A stretch of 64,000 nt of DNA from Candidatus Poribacteria bacterium (GCA_965214095.1 OZ243938.1:4416001-4480000); one strand, 5' to 3'. Counted from the stretch's first letter, positions 1 to 9,810 are shown. Notes: generated by a model from the sequence alone, not told the origin. Program-made: numbers and translations.

Positions 1-888
1 TACACTTTGACTTGCCTGTACCGCCCCACTCATTCTTGAACCACGATACGACCGCACATCTGAGAGATCAACAGTTGCTGAAACAACTTCAACATCGCTG
101 ATAGAGAATTGCGATCCCTGTGCGAGAATATGTCCATTCTGAGCAATAGAGGCACACCCATCAAAATATAGTCTGCCACCATCACACCCTTGCTGATTTG
201 CATATAGGTAAATCCCACCGCATTTGTCAGTAGCATTGCATATCAAAGATAGACGTGTATTGAGCTTGCGTAGTTCGTGATGCGAACCTGACCCATTTGC
301 AATAATCTCTACACCGTTTGCAGCAAGGTCAATATGTGGTGAATGCGGCGCGAATAGTTCTTCACAGGTTTCAGAAGCTAAAATTGTATCGTTTGTCACG
401 AGGACTGCGCATCCTATCGGCACTGACGACTGTGAAGTGATTTCACGGATCTCAGGTGGTAACTGATACGGTTCGGTTGTCCACCCCTTCTGCCACGCTG
501 CAAACCAACGCGGTTCTCTGTAGTTTCCTTCTGCAGCGAGTATTTTTTTGGGACGGATTAGCAGTATTTTACCATTACAGACAAACACCCTGCAGTTATA
601 TCGCACGCTCTTGTGCATCACAGGCATACCTATGTCGCACAAGATACCATCAGTATGACCACCGATTATGATCTGTGCAAGCGATTCCCAACTGTGCCGT
701 AACGTATCTTCCTCCAAAAAATGGTCTTCACAAGAGTAACCTGTGATTTCAAGCTCAGGACCGAGTCGGTAGCGGGCACCTGTTGCTTTCGCACGATCAA
801 TTGACTCAATGATACGTTCACAGTTACCTTCAAAATCAAGTGACCACTGATTCAAGTTGCAGGTTGCAAGTGTTGCTTTCATAATCAT
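1..888 (-). CDS. nadE: Glutamine-dependent NAD+ synthetase, N-terminal nitrilase/glutaminase domain (runs off the left edge); eukaryotic QNS1/NADSYN1-like
   Basis: Absent from the ORF track because it has no stop in the window. Manual translation from ATG 888/882: [57 protein letters not shown]...[19 protein letters not shown]...ETCEELF...[12 protein letters not shown]...[20 protein letters not shown]...DVRSYRG. The nitrilase E-K-C triad motifs are present. Confidence 0.93.
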   Translation of the reverse strand, partial: MIMKATLATCNLNQWSLDFEGNCERIIESIDRAKATGARYRLGPELEITGYSCEDHFLEEDTLRHSWESLAQIIIGGHTDGILCDIGMPVMHKSVRYNCRVFVCNGKILLIRPKKILAAEGNYREPRWFAAWQKGWTTEPYQLPPEIREITSQSSVPIGCAVLVTNDTILASETCEELFAPHSPHIDLAANGVEIIANGSGSHHELRKLNTRLSLICNATDKCGGIYLYANQQGCDGGRLYFDGCASIAQNGHILAQGSQFSISDVEVVSATVDLSDVRSYRGSRMSGAVQASQSV

Positions 889-951
889 TAGCTATCAGAC
901 TTCAGCATTCAGCAAGAGTGTTCAAGTCAGTTTACTGAATACTGACGACTA

Positions 952-2265
952 TTAGGTTTTCTGTGGTTTTTTGCGTGCGGCAGGGAACAGAATGTTATTT
1001 AATATCAACCGATAACCAGGTGAATGCTTATGCAGGTCAAGATTCGTTGGTATCTTTCCTTCACCAACAAGGTGTCGGTAATCCTCGGGATCATGTCCAC
1101 CGAGAAAGGTAAATGTGCCTTTTCCAAGTGTCCCGTGAACATATTTCACATAGTCTGTACCTTCAATATTGGCTAAAATCGTGACTGAACGGTTAATCGT
1201 GTTTTTGTTAAACGATGTTGTCTGTCCAAGGAAACCCTGTACTTCTGAGACGTGGTTTTGTGTCAACATTGTAGGTATAGGGTCATGTTTCGCTGAGAAT
1301 TCAAAGAGTTTGAAATCCTCAACACCTGTTTGTGGACTCCTATCAGGGTTCGGATTATCTATATCAGAGAATTCATATCTGTTTGGATTCGGATAGAGCG
1401 TAAAATTCTCAAATGCAAATGTGTGTTCAAAGTCCAATTTCTTTTGAAAATCCTGTGCAAGCGGTGTAGCATCTAATACAGGATCAACGATATCAAGCGT
1501 GCCGCCCTTTGATGCTAAGGCAATATCTAACGTTTCAGGGGCAGAACACATGGCAAATATGAATCCACCTTTTGCTACATAATCTGCAATGTCCAGTGCG
1601 GTTTGTCCTTTATGACGTGAAACACTTTTGAAACCTGCTTCTTTTGCAGTTTTCTCAAATAGTGCCATCCGTTGTTGATACCAGACTTGGTGCGAAAATG
1701 AACCGTGGAATTTGCCGTGCTGTCCAGTAAAATCTTCATGATGTAGATGTAACCAATCGTAACCGTCGGTATGTAATGCACCGCGTTGCACCTCTTTATC
1801 CCATATTTGGTCATACGAAATTTCCGCGTAATCCAGGGCAATTTTCACCGCATCGTCCCAAGGGTCTTGAAATGGAGACGCTTCTGGTGGTGCATATACT
1901 GCAATCTTCGGTGCTTTTTCAAGTAATATCTCATCCATATTACTTGTTTCAATGACAGTCTCTTTGATTGTCTGATATTCAACAGCACTCAACGTTTCAA
2001 AAGTAACACCCATTTGTGCAGCGCGTAGTTTCACATCCGCCGCATCAGGTGTCACAAACGACCCACCGCGATAGTTCAGCCACCAGTAACAACTGTATTC
2101 CCGCGGCACTTCCAATGCCCAATATGTTAGTCCATAAGCCTTCAGATGGTTTGTTTGGACGTTGTCCATTGGGATAAGAAGATATTGTGCTGATGCTGAT
2201 GACAGAAGTAGTATAAAGAAAACCATTATGAACATTAATTGGAGAAATCTTTTTAAGCTATACAT
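952..2265 (-). CDS. Secreted conserved protein (family often labelled 'asparagine synthetase B' in Bacteroidota; class I GATase-like fold)
   Basis: 437 aa with a signal peptide (ASA-Q). Motifs LIPMD..Q.NHLKAYG, WLNYRGGSF, DWLHLHHEDFTGQ, GGFIFAMCSA, GGHDPEDY, PGYRLILNNILFPAA. Confidence 0.75.
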   Translation of the reverse strand: MYSLKRFLQLMFIMVFFILLLSSASAQYLLIPMDNVQTNHLKAYGLTYWALEVPREYSCYWWLNYRGGSFVTPDAADVKLRAAQMGVTFETLSAVEYQTIKETVIETSNMDEILLEKAPKIAVYAPPEASPFQDPWDDAVKIALDYAEISYDQIWDKEVQRGALHTDGYDWLHLHHEDFTGQHGKFHGSFSHQVWYQQRMALFEKTAKEAGFKSVSRHKGQTALDIADYVAKGGFIFAMCSAPETLDIALASKGGTLDIVDPVLDATPLAQDFQKKLDFEHTFAFENFTLYPNPNRYEFSDIDNPNPDRSPQTGVEDFKLFEFSAKHDPIPTMLTQNHVSEVQGFLGQTTSFNKNTINRSVTILANIEGTDYVKYVHGTLGKGTFTFLGGHDPEDYRHLVGEGKIPTNLDLHKHSPGYRLILNNILFPAARKKPQKT

Positions 2266-2395
2266 ATAGTTACACCTTGCTATATCAAATATTAGAAATT
2301 CAAGAACTGAAAGCTGCGATTGTTATAGGTTATTTTTGACAAATTCATCATTTTTATTTCCTATAATTTTATTGTATTTTCTCTTTTTTCACAAT

Positions 2396-2435
2396 AAAAA
2401 AGGTAACATTCTAAATTCATAGTGAATGTTACCTT
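2396..2435 (-). terminator. Rho-independent terminator downstream of 2492..5374
   Basis: 12-bp stem AAGGTAACATTC/GAATGTTACCTT (2400-2411/2424-2435), followed by a T-run on the minus strand. Confidence 0.7.
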
Positions 2436-2491
2436 GACGTTAGTTCGCTATATTTTTTAGGTTCAGTTGTCTCCAGTTTATATTCTAACAC

Positions 2492-5374
2492 TCATCTCTG
2501 AAAAGAAACTGCAACAGGTTGATACCCAAACACAACTTTCCCATTACTCATCAACGGAGATTCACTTCCTGGATTTTGATAATCCACTGTCCAGAGTTGT
2601 CCATTGTTTTCATAAACAACCCAACGGCCATTCGGTGGCACCCACACAGGACGGCTTCCACCCATTTCAGTAATCTGTTGTTCTGTCCGTACTCCGGTAG
2701 ATGAATAATTGACCACCCATATCTGACGGACGTTTCCATCAGTTCCTCTTGAAAACACAAGTGTATTACGGTCAACAGGATGCCAAGAGGGTTCCGCATC
2801 ATCTGCTGGGGAAATGACAATAGGTTCAACACTGTTTGTTCCTTGATTGAATAGAAAGATGTTCCGATTTGTATCTGCAGCAGGATTTTCTATTGAACCC
2901 GCAGTAGCATAAGCAAGGAATTGACCATCTATGCTCCAAGCAGGATGCGTCATTTCTCTCGCTGTTGAAGGAACAAGGAATATATTCTCATTGCGTATAT
3001 TTTGAATGACAATCCTCTTTCTATCGTTCCCTTCGTTCCGTGAATATGCTATATATTCGCCATTAGGCGAAATCTTCACATCTTCTGCGAGAGCACGACC
3101 ATCAAAATAAACCGTGCTTTTCCCAGTTTTAATATCTCTAATTAGAACATTGTTATCAAAATCATGGTAGACAAGGGTTCCGTCCACAGATACAGAGGGA
3201 CGATGACCTACTCCAAGTGGTGCCATCCGAGAATCCACAGGCACATCACGGAAAGCATTTAGTTTTATATCATCTGCCGTTGTTGGGGCAATACGCCATA
3301 ACACACCATCGTGACTGTAGAAGATTGAAACGGATGCACCAGAGAGTGAAAACCTACCTAATTCCACATTATCAGGTTCATCTATTTTCGTCTCATTAGC
3401 ACTAATCTGTTTTTTCTCATCAGACGTTTCTGGATCTTTACCTATATTCTGTGTATTAGGTTCAAACTCTTCCTGATCATTTAATTTCCATCCAGCACCT
3501 TCCGCTACAAATTTAAACCCAATACCTTTTGTCCAATACATCCATTCTTCAATCTGTTTGCCTTGTTGTGTGTATTTGAAAATATCCTCAGGTTCACCAT
3601 GCATACGCGCGATATTCCACCGTCCACCATCTTCAATTTCAGACATCGTGCCTGTCTCGTCAATATAAGATGCCATAATATCAATATCAACGTGTGGCGT
3701 GGTCATACCCTCCAAGACAGTAACGGGAGCCGGTGTGCCACGAACAGGTTGATGTGTTCCGAAAACGCCGATGCCATCTGACAACCCTGATGCACCATCC
3801 CGATTTTGGTCTAAAACAGCAAGGACAAAATATCTACCCGGTTTGACATCAACGAGGTAGTTTCCATCTTCATCAAGGATAAGTGGAACTACCATAGAAG
3901 AACTGAAATCAGGGGTTGTGGAAAGACTTAGAATCCCATCAGGAACGGGTATCTCTTCATCTGATGGTGCGTTTTCATTATTAGGTTTAGCACTATGTGA
4001 GGCAAAGAACGAAGTCACTTTCCCTGTAATACTCCCCATCTTTACTTCTTGTGGCACACCGGGGGATGGATTCGCTCCTAAATCAACGATAGATGGGGTT
4101 ATATTCGGATCGTTGATAGCAACAAGTTGACCATCTGCATCATACTGTGCGCTTAATCGGATATTGATATCGCGTGTTTCGCCTGTATCAAATGTGGTCA
4201 CAGCAGGTTGTTCTGTAGTAATTGAATCCGTTCCCAATCCGCCTAACTTATCTCCTTTGCTATATCTACCGTCACCATCAGCATCGTGATTGGCAATGAT
4301 GTAGTATTCTCCTGGAGGAAGTTGAAGACGATATGTGCCATCAGGGTTGGTAACCGTTGTCGCGAGGGGTTTTACAAAGGCAGAATTATCATAAACTTCA
4401 ATCCGAACCTCTGTTGCAGTTTGTGGTATTGGAAAAACGCGTCCTGATATTATCGCTGTCCCTTCTGAAGTTTCTGTAAGATCTACTATTTTATAGGTAG
4501 CAGTGAGATGAATTTCAACACCTTCAGCAAATGAACTGGGTTTAACCAAGACAGGTTCTGGAAATGCTCCCTTCTTGTATATGTCTTTAAGACCATAGAA
4601 ACCGAAAATATCACCATCATCAAGTTTGTTGCTACCATTTTTGTCAACTATTGCCATGAGATAATATTTTCCAGGCTTCAAACGGAGTTCCCATTCGTTT
4701 GTTTTGTTATTAACAATAGCAATCCCAGCACGATATTTCCACGATGTATCTGTATAGGCAAGAACAAGTTTGTGCTCTTCGGCAATTTCACTTTCTCCCG
4801 AATAGTTAAGTGTACCACGTAGACCTGATGTTGCCTTTATGAGTTCTGTTTTGAATTGTTGGGATTCACTCGGTTTATATGCAGTTGCAGGAACAAGTTT
4901 CTGTGTTTCTTCAACGCCTTGAAGTCTTGCTGTAATCGGTATCTGTATGCCTTTTATCGCTGTGTTTGTACCCACTTCGATGGCAACATGCGTCTGATTT
5001 TCATTACTCCAATCCTTTATACCCAAGACACCGTATCCATCACCCTCATCAAACTTCCCGGAACCATCAACATCCACATAAGCAACCAAATAATAACGTC
5101 CGGGTTCCACACGAAGCGTAAATGTGCCAGTTCCTAATTTTGATACACCACTGGTGTAAATGTCTTTCAGTTTTTCATCACGATACACAGATACGTTAGT
5201 ATGAGATAGGTCAAAACCTTTCCAAATTACCTCACCAGACAATCTTGCAGTCATCCGTTTAATTTGAGGTTGTGTGCCAGTTCCCACCAGAGGTGTTGTC
5301 TGCTGTGCATGAACTATCCAACTACTGAGTAATCCGAAGCAAATCGCAATTATAAGAAATACAGAACGTTTCAT
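2492..5374 (-). CDS. Secreted multidomain protein: four beta-sandwich repeats with DxDxxG Ca-binding loops plus a C-terminal TolB/PD40-like beta-propeller
   Basis: Signal peptide (VHA-Q). Four repeats of PG.Y...A..D.[DN].....D.GD..G. C-terminal ISPNGEYIAY, PAWSIDG, EPSWHP and PVWVP blades. Confidence 0.8.
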   Translation of the reverse strand: MKRSVFLIIAICFGLLSSWIVHAQQTTPLVGTGTQPQIKRMTARLSGEVIWKGFDLSHTNVSVYRDEKLKDIYTSGVSKLGTGTFTLRVEPGRYYLVAYVDVDGSGKFDEGDGYGVLGIKDWSNENQTHVAIEVGTNTAIKGIQIPITARLQGVEETQKLVPATAYKPSESQQFKTELIKATSGLRGTLNYSGESEIAEEHKLVLAYTDTSWKYRAGIAIVNNKTNEWELRLKPGKYYLMAIVDKNGSNKLDDGDIFGFYGLKDIYKKGAFPEPVLVKPSSFAEGVEIHLTATYKIVDLTETSEGTAIISGRVFPIPQTATEVRIEVYDNSAFVKPLATTVTNPDGTYRLQLPPGEYYIIANHDADGDGRYSKGDKLGGLGTDSITTEQPAVTTFDTGETRDINIRLSAQYDADGQLVAINDPNITPSIVDLGANPSPGVPQEVKMGSITGKVTSFFASHSAKPNNENAPSDEEIPVPDGILSLSTTPDFSSSMVVPLILDEDGNYLVDVKPGRYFVLAVLDQNRDGASGLSDGIGVFGTHQPVRGTPAPVTVLEGMTTPHVDIDIMASYIDETGTMSEIEDGGRWNIARMHGEPEDIFKYTQQGKQIEEWMYWTKGIGFKFVAEGAGWKLNDQEEFEPNTQNIGKDPETSDEKKQISANETKIDEPDNVELGRFSLSGASVSIFYSHDGVLWRIAPTTADDIKLNAFRDVPVDSRMAPLGVGHRPSVSVDGTLVYHDFDNNVLIRDIKTGKSTVYFDGRALAEDVKISPNGEYIAYSRNEGNDRKRIVIQNIRNENIFLVPSTAREMTHPAWSIDGQFLAYATAGSIENPAADTNRNIFLFNQGTNSVEPIVISPADDAEPSWHPVDRNTLVFSRGTDGNVRQIWVVNYSSTGVRTEQQITEMGGSRPVWVPPNGRWVVYENNGQLWTVDYQNPGSESPLMSNGKVVFGYQPVAVSFQR

Positions 5375-5531
5375 GTGGATTGAATCTCCGTTTTATCCGA
5401 GAATTAAGTGTTTATTCTTGTCTTCTACATGCAATTTTAGCATATCCTATCACAATTTTCAATGAATTCATTTTAAGCAACGTTCCTAACATAATGTCAC
5501 TAACAGGAGGACAATTACTTAAATTGCCGTC

Positions 5532-5634
5532 TATAGTACGGTTTCCGAACCGCATCTATGCGACTGAACAAACACCGGTTCGGTTCGGAAACCGAACCTA
5601 CCGTAGTGTGAAAATAATTATGGTTTTTGCTATA
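5532..5634 (+). repeat. Left-truncated copy of the REP-doublet MITE family (others at 42912-43040 and 51589-51725)
   Basis: Shares cggtttcc.aaccgcatcta...ctgaacaaacaccggttcggtt.ggaaaccgaacctaccgt.gtgtg.aaataattatgg with the other copies and ends in GCTATA. Confidence 0.8.
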
Positions 5635-5643
5635 AAAAAATTC

Positions 5644-5672
5644 GTTCGTAGTCGCGCAATTCATTGCACCTC
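5644..5672 (+). repeat. GTAG-type REP (family B: GTTCGTAGTCGCGCAATTCATTGCGCCTC)
   Basis: GTAG foot plus GCGCAAT-TC-ATTGC(A)C palindrome. Six copies in the window. Confidence 0.8.
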
Positions 5673-5826
5673 TTATATTTTCCACCTTAGAGTGAAAAAT
5701 CATCTTATATGAAGTCTTATTTTCAGAATTGGTATAAGTTTGAATTCAAAATACCATAGTGAGATAATCTCAATTAGAATTTGTATTGCGTATTTCTCAA
5801 AAAAAGAAAGAACTGTCATCTTAACC

Positions 5827-5861
5827 AAAAAACCCTCCCTACAATGTAGGGAGGGTTTTTT
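5827..5861. terminator. Bidirectional rho-independent terminator after the Gfo/Idh/MocA gene
   Basis: AAAAAACCCTCCCTAC-AAT-GTAGGGAGGGTTTTTT, a perfect hairpin with A and T tails. Confidence 0.85.
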
Positions 5862-5916
5862 GTCACCTGAAATGTCTCAAAAATGACACGGTATAAAACC
5901 GCGCCTAATTCTAATT

Positions 5917-6897
5917 TTACGCAAATGCGTCTTCTTCTACATCATTAAGAGAAATACGTGCATTTTCTTGTAATGCCGATCTATGAACAGCAGCTTCAAA
6001 GAGCAATTCATTCCATGCAGCATTACCATCTGCGGGGAAAGCATTATCAGATTGCATCGCTTTAATTACACCATCTGCCATCCTTTTGAAAGATTCAGGC
6101 ATTTCAGGATTACCCTGTTCGTTTTCCCATCGTTCCTCAACTTCAGAGTTACCTGCCTTACGGCGTAAGTATTTCCCGTCTAAACCTTTCGCCTCAGCGT
6201 ACGACTTATCTCCAAGAACTTTGATACGAAGCGGATCATCATCATAACCCCATAGATTTGTACCACTTAGTGTACCGATGACACCGTTCGGCCAACCGAT
6301 ATGAATCAATCGTGCCCATCCACCTGACTCATTTGGATCGCCGACGACACTCACCCAATCGGGTCGACCTATAGTCCACAGAATCAGATCTATGATATGA
6401 GACCAGCAATTGAAATGTGCACGGGCATGAACCATTTTGATTTCACCTAACACACCGTCAGCGACATCATCGTGCAGTTTTCTGAAATGATGCATAAACC
6501 GATAATTAAAATCAATGCCAAATTTCAACCCTGATTCACGCCAACTTTTGATTGCCGGTGCCGCAATCTTGAGATCCTCTTCACGAACTCGTGCTTGTCC
6601 CTCTAATCCACACAGCGGTTTTTCTGTAAACACATTTCGTCCACCTGCAATCAGTTCGCTTAATGGTGGAATACGACGCGTTTCGTTAACGATCAGCAGG
6701 ACAAGTTCTGCATCACAGTTTGCTAACAACTCCTCAATGGTTGTGTAACCAGGAACACCGAAATGTTCTTTCGCTTTTTCAAGCAGTTCAGGATTCATTT
6801 CGCATACCGCAACAACTTCCGCATCCGGATGGTTATGGAAGTTTCCACCATGCATCATACCCATTCCTCTACCACTAAGCAATGCACAATTAACCAT
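5917..6897 (-). CDS. Gfo/Idh/MocA family NAD(P)-dependent oxidoreductase
   Basis: N-terminal Rossmann fold (GRGMGMMH, VVAVCE); motifs VFTEKPL, FNYRF, HIIDL. Confidence 0.9.
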   Translation of the reverse strand: MVNCALLSGRGMGMMHGGNFHNHPDAEVVAVCEMNPELLEKAKEHFGVPGYTTIEELLANCDAELVLLIVNETRRIPPLSELIAGGRNVFTEKPLCGLEGQARVREEDLKIAAPAIKSWRESGLKFGIDFNYRFMHHFRKLHDDVADGVLGEIKMVHARAHFNCWSHIIDLILWTIGRPDWVSVVGDPNESGGWARLIHIGWPNGVIGTLSGTNLWGYDDDPLRIKVLGDKSYAEAKGLDGKYLRRKAGNSEVEERWENEQGNPEMPESFKRMADGVIKAMQSDNAFPADGNAAWNELLFEAAVHRSALQENARISLNDVEEDAFA

Positions 6898-7223
6898 ATT
6901 TAATACCTCTCATTTAGCGATAATCAATAAACTAAGTTTGAAACGATGTTCAAGACAAAATCTCTGCTTCATACGCAAGGGTTGGAACAAAAAGATTTTC
7001 AGTAGTATATCACACACAACAAAAAACTCAAGAAAAATCTACTATTTGCAGTGTCTTTCGTTTTCGGTTCTTCTTGTTGTTTTTTCACAAATGCTAAATG
7101 CCCCAAGGCGGCAGGCACGGTTTCCAACATAAGGGGTATCAACGGCATTCGGAACACGCCGGCGCGAAAACTTACGAGACTCCCAATGCCAACGATAATA
7201 CGAACCAACACTCACACTCGCTT

Positions 7224-7375
7224 CTTCACATCCTAAACTCACAGAAGTGCGCCTTAGCAACACAGCCAGATCAGCAATAACCTCTTGTGACAACCGCATG
7301 CAACCCTTCTTTTTCGCGAAGGTTTTTATTGTCATTTTTTCCAAAAACACCAAATTATAATGCAATTAATGCAAA
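7224..7375 (-). promoter_or_regulatory. Conserved 114-bp element (7375-7262), CRISPR-leader-like, followed by one repeat-like 38-mer (7261-7224)
   Basis: Aligns without gaps to 58632-58745(+), with two identical 18-bp blocks. Function is inferred, not shown. Confidence 0.45.
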
Positions 7376-7495
7376 ATGTTTTTAAGAATACCATATTTTC
7401 AAACCACGATTTACCGGACACTCGATCAGGTGATTTCGGACAAATTGCATTTATGAGATACACTGTAAATAAACCTGCTGCTCATACAAATTTGC

Positions 7496-7524
7496 TTGTA
7501 TTCTAACAATAGAAAGGGTATAAT
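7496..7524 (+). promoter_or_regulatory. Sigma70-type promoter upstream of the WD40 cluster
   Basis: TTGTAT-N17-TATAAT. Confidence 0.55.
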
Positions 7525-7767
7525 ATTGACAACCATTGATTTAGGCGTGTTTTTGTTCGGCATCCTTGCCTTATATACAACTATCCATTAACACATTCAA
7601 AGATAAACTTTATCCTAACTTCGTCAAAGTCCATCGCAAACCTACGTGTGAAGTATTACCAATCGATGAGTAATAATACAAATCCACATCCTTATTACCT
7701 ATCATGTAGATACAATATCTCAATTAATAAACCACGCCTACCCGGATAGTTTTATCAAATTTTGCAC

Positions 7768-7886
7768 TATAGTAAAGTTTAGAATTAAGAAGACATTTCA
7801 ATGCGCTTTCAAGTGCCACAAGTCCCGTAGGGGCGAGGTTTCCTCGCCCTCTGAGACGTGTCCTATTAATTGTATATTCCACTATA
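7768..7886. mobile_element. 119-bp MITE-like element with TATAGT...ACTATA ends and a central GTAG REP
   Basis: Imperfect ~28-bp arms (tatagtaaagtttagaattaagaagaca vs reverse complement tatagtggaatatacaattaataggaca) enclose GTAGGGGCGAGGTTTCCTCGCCC. Confidence 0.65.
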
Positions 7887-7934
7887 AATACAGACAATAG
7901 TTTTTTCACACACTGTGAATACTAACACATAATA

Positions 7935-9788
7935 ATGTCTAATCATCAATACAAGAACGAAATTTTAATTATGCTAAATACAAACCAAATATCGCAATGG
8001 TCTCTACCAAAAGGTGCAAAAGCACGTTTAGGCAAAGGTGGTATTGGAAGAATCAGGTTTTCTCCTGATGGTACACAGTTTGCAACACTCGCACCTATAG
8101 GTATATGGATATATGATACCAATACCTATAAGGAAATTGCATTTCTAAGTTCTAGACACAGTAATGGTTCAACACAGTTACCGTCTTCTTGGTCTGGAAC
8201 CACGCTTGTCACAATATACGATGACGAATCAATTTTACTATGGAATGCTCACTCAAATGTACGTCGGATCATCACCTCAAAACATTCAGAAGATGTCTTT
8301 GGGTTCGCAGTTTCTCCAGATGATACAACACTTGTCACTATTGGTTGGGATAAAAAAACAAGTTATTGGGACAGACAGACTGGACGTTTCCTCTTTTCTG
8401 TTCTACATTCGGACCCCATTTATACACTTGCTTTTTCTCCAGATGGCAATGTCGTTGCTACGGGTGGTGATAACATGACTATAAATTTATGGAACGCTAA
8501 AAACGGTACACATATAAGCACATTTGGCGAGGGTGATGAACCTATTGAGGGGTTAGCATACTCTCCAAACGGTATCCTTATAGCAAGTCGTAGTTCTGAT
8601 GAATCTGTGAGTTTGTGGGATGTCAAGACTGGTGAAAAGCAAGTAACTCTTGCCACAGAACTTGGCAATGTCAATGAAATGTTCTTAGATTTTTCTCCTG
8701 ATGGCACGCTCATTGCATGCGGTAGTGGTGATAATATCGTGAGAATATGGAACGCTGATACAGGAAACGAACATGCAAGATTCACAGGACATACTGACGA
8801 TGTACATTTGATTACATTTTCACCAGACAGAAGAACACTTGCAAGTGCAAGTGAAGATGGCACTATCCGTTTCTGGGACCTGATAACAGGAAATGAAATA
8901 GGTATTATCACAGGACATACTTCATGGATAGGTTCTGTGGCATTTTCACCTGATAGTTGTTATCTTGCAGCTGGCACATGCGAAAGTATACCAAAAGTGT
9001 GGGATCTGAATACTTATGAACTTTCTTCTACGTATGAAAGTCATCACAATTCAATTGATAGAGTGCTTTTTTCACCAGATGGAACAACACTTGCCACTGC
9101 AAGTAGAGACGAAAGAATAGTTTTATGGGACTTGGAGTCAGGCAGTCAGAGAACAATCCTACAAGGACATTCATCAATGATTCGCACATTGGCATTCGCA
9201 CCAAATGGAACAACGCTCGCAAGTGGAAGTGATGATGAAACCATCAGATTGTGGGATATAGACACAGGTAAACAGTTGTCACTTTTGAAGGGGCATACAA
9301 ATTGGATTGGCACTGTCACTATTTCACCGGACGGTAGAACGCTTGTCAGTTCCAGTGCTGACGGCACAATTCGCTTATGGAATGCAATCACAGGACATCC
9401 GCTCACTGTGCTAAGAGATCATGATACTATCGTTGAAACAGTAGTTTTTTCACCAGACAATACCATTCTCATCAGCGGGAGTTCAGATAAAACGATCAGG
9501 TTTTGGGATATTGATACGTATCAAGTTTTTTCAACTATCCAAGTACCTTGCCATGTCTATGTGTTATCTGTTTCACCTGATGGAAGGATGCTTGCAAGTT
9601 CTGGTGAGGATGGAAATATATCGTTGTGGGATATACATACCAAATCAGAAATGGCATTGCTTACAGGACATATATTTGATGTAGACGACTTAGAATTCAG
9701 TCCTGATGGCAGAACACTTGCAAGTGGTGGAACAGATGGCACAGTAATCCTATGGGATATAGATACCATCGTGAATGTCCGATACTAA
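7935..9788 (+). CDS. WD40-repeat protein (no signal peptide)
   Basis: WSLPKGAKARLGKG cap, then many GH...FSPDG..LAS.S.D.TIRLWD repeats. Confidence 0.93.
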   Translation: MSNHQYKNEILIMLNTNQISQWSLPKGAKARLGKGGIGRIRFSPDGTQFATLAPIGIWIYDTNTYKEIAFLSSRHSNGSTQLPSSWSGTTLVTIYDDESILLWNAHSNVRRIITSKHSEDVFGFAVSPDDTTLVTIGWDKKTSYWDRQTGRFLFSVLHSDPIYTLAFSPDGNVVATGGDNMTINLWNAKNGTHISTFGEGDEPIEGLAYSPNGILIASRSSDESVSLWDVKTGEKQVTLATELGNVNEMFLDFSPDGTLIACGSGDNIVRIWNADTGNEHARFTGHTDDVHLITFSPDRRTLASASEDGTIRFWDLITGNEIGIITGHTSWIGSVAFSPDSCYLAAGTCESIPKVWDLNTYELSSTYESHHNSIDRVLFSPDGTTLATASRDERIVLWDLESGSQRTILQGHSSMIRTLAFAPNGTTLASGSDDETIRLWDIDTGKQLSLLKGHTNWIGTVTISPDGRTLVSSSADGTIRLWNAITGHPLTVLRDHDTIVETVVFSPDNTILISGSSDKTIRFWDIDTYQVFSTIQVPCHVYVLSVSPDGRMLASSGEDGNISLWDIHTKSEMALLTGHIFDVDDLEFSPDGRTLASGGTDGTVILWDIDTIVNVRY

Positions 9789-9810
9789 AGCAACAAAGGA
9801 GTTTTTCACT

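Noticed and set aside
889-950. Short TCAG/CTGA heptamer-like inverted repeats between nadE and the upstream gene
   Set aside because: Too degenerate and short to define as an element from one copy.
6938-7365. Short overlapping ORFs in the intergenic region, and likewise at 5380-5712 and 58057-58937
   Set aside because: They overlap REP/MITE or leader-like sequence and show no protein-like motifs.
7090-7375. A true CRISPR array, cobalamin riboswitch or HEARO/omega RNA
   Set aside because: No repeat recurs with regular spacing, and I could not match the conserved cores of these RNAs. Only the leader-like similarity is reported.
7526-7591. 21-codon hydrophobic ORF (LTTIDLGVFLFGILALYTTIH), possible small toxin
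   Set aside because: Its TTG start lies immediately after the -10 box with no RBS, so there is no support for translation.
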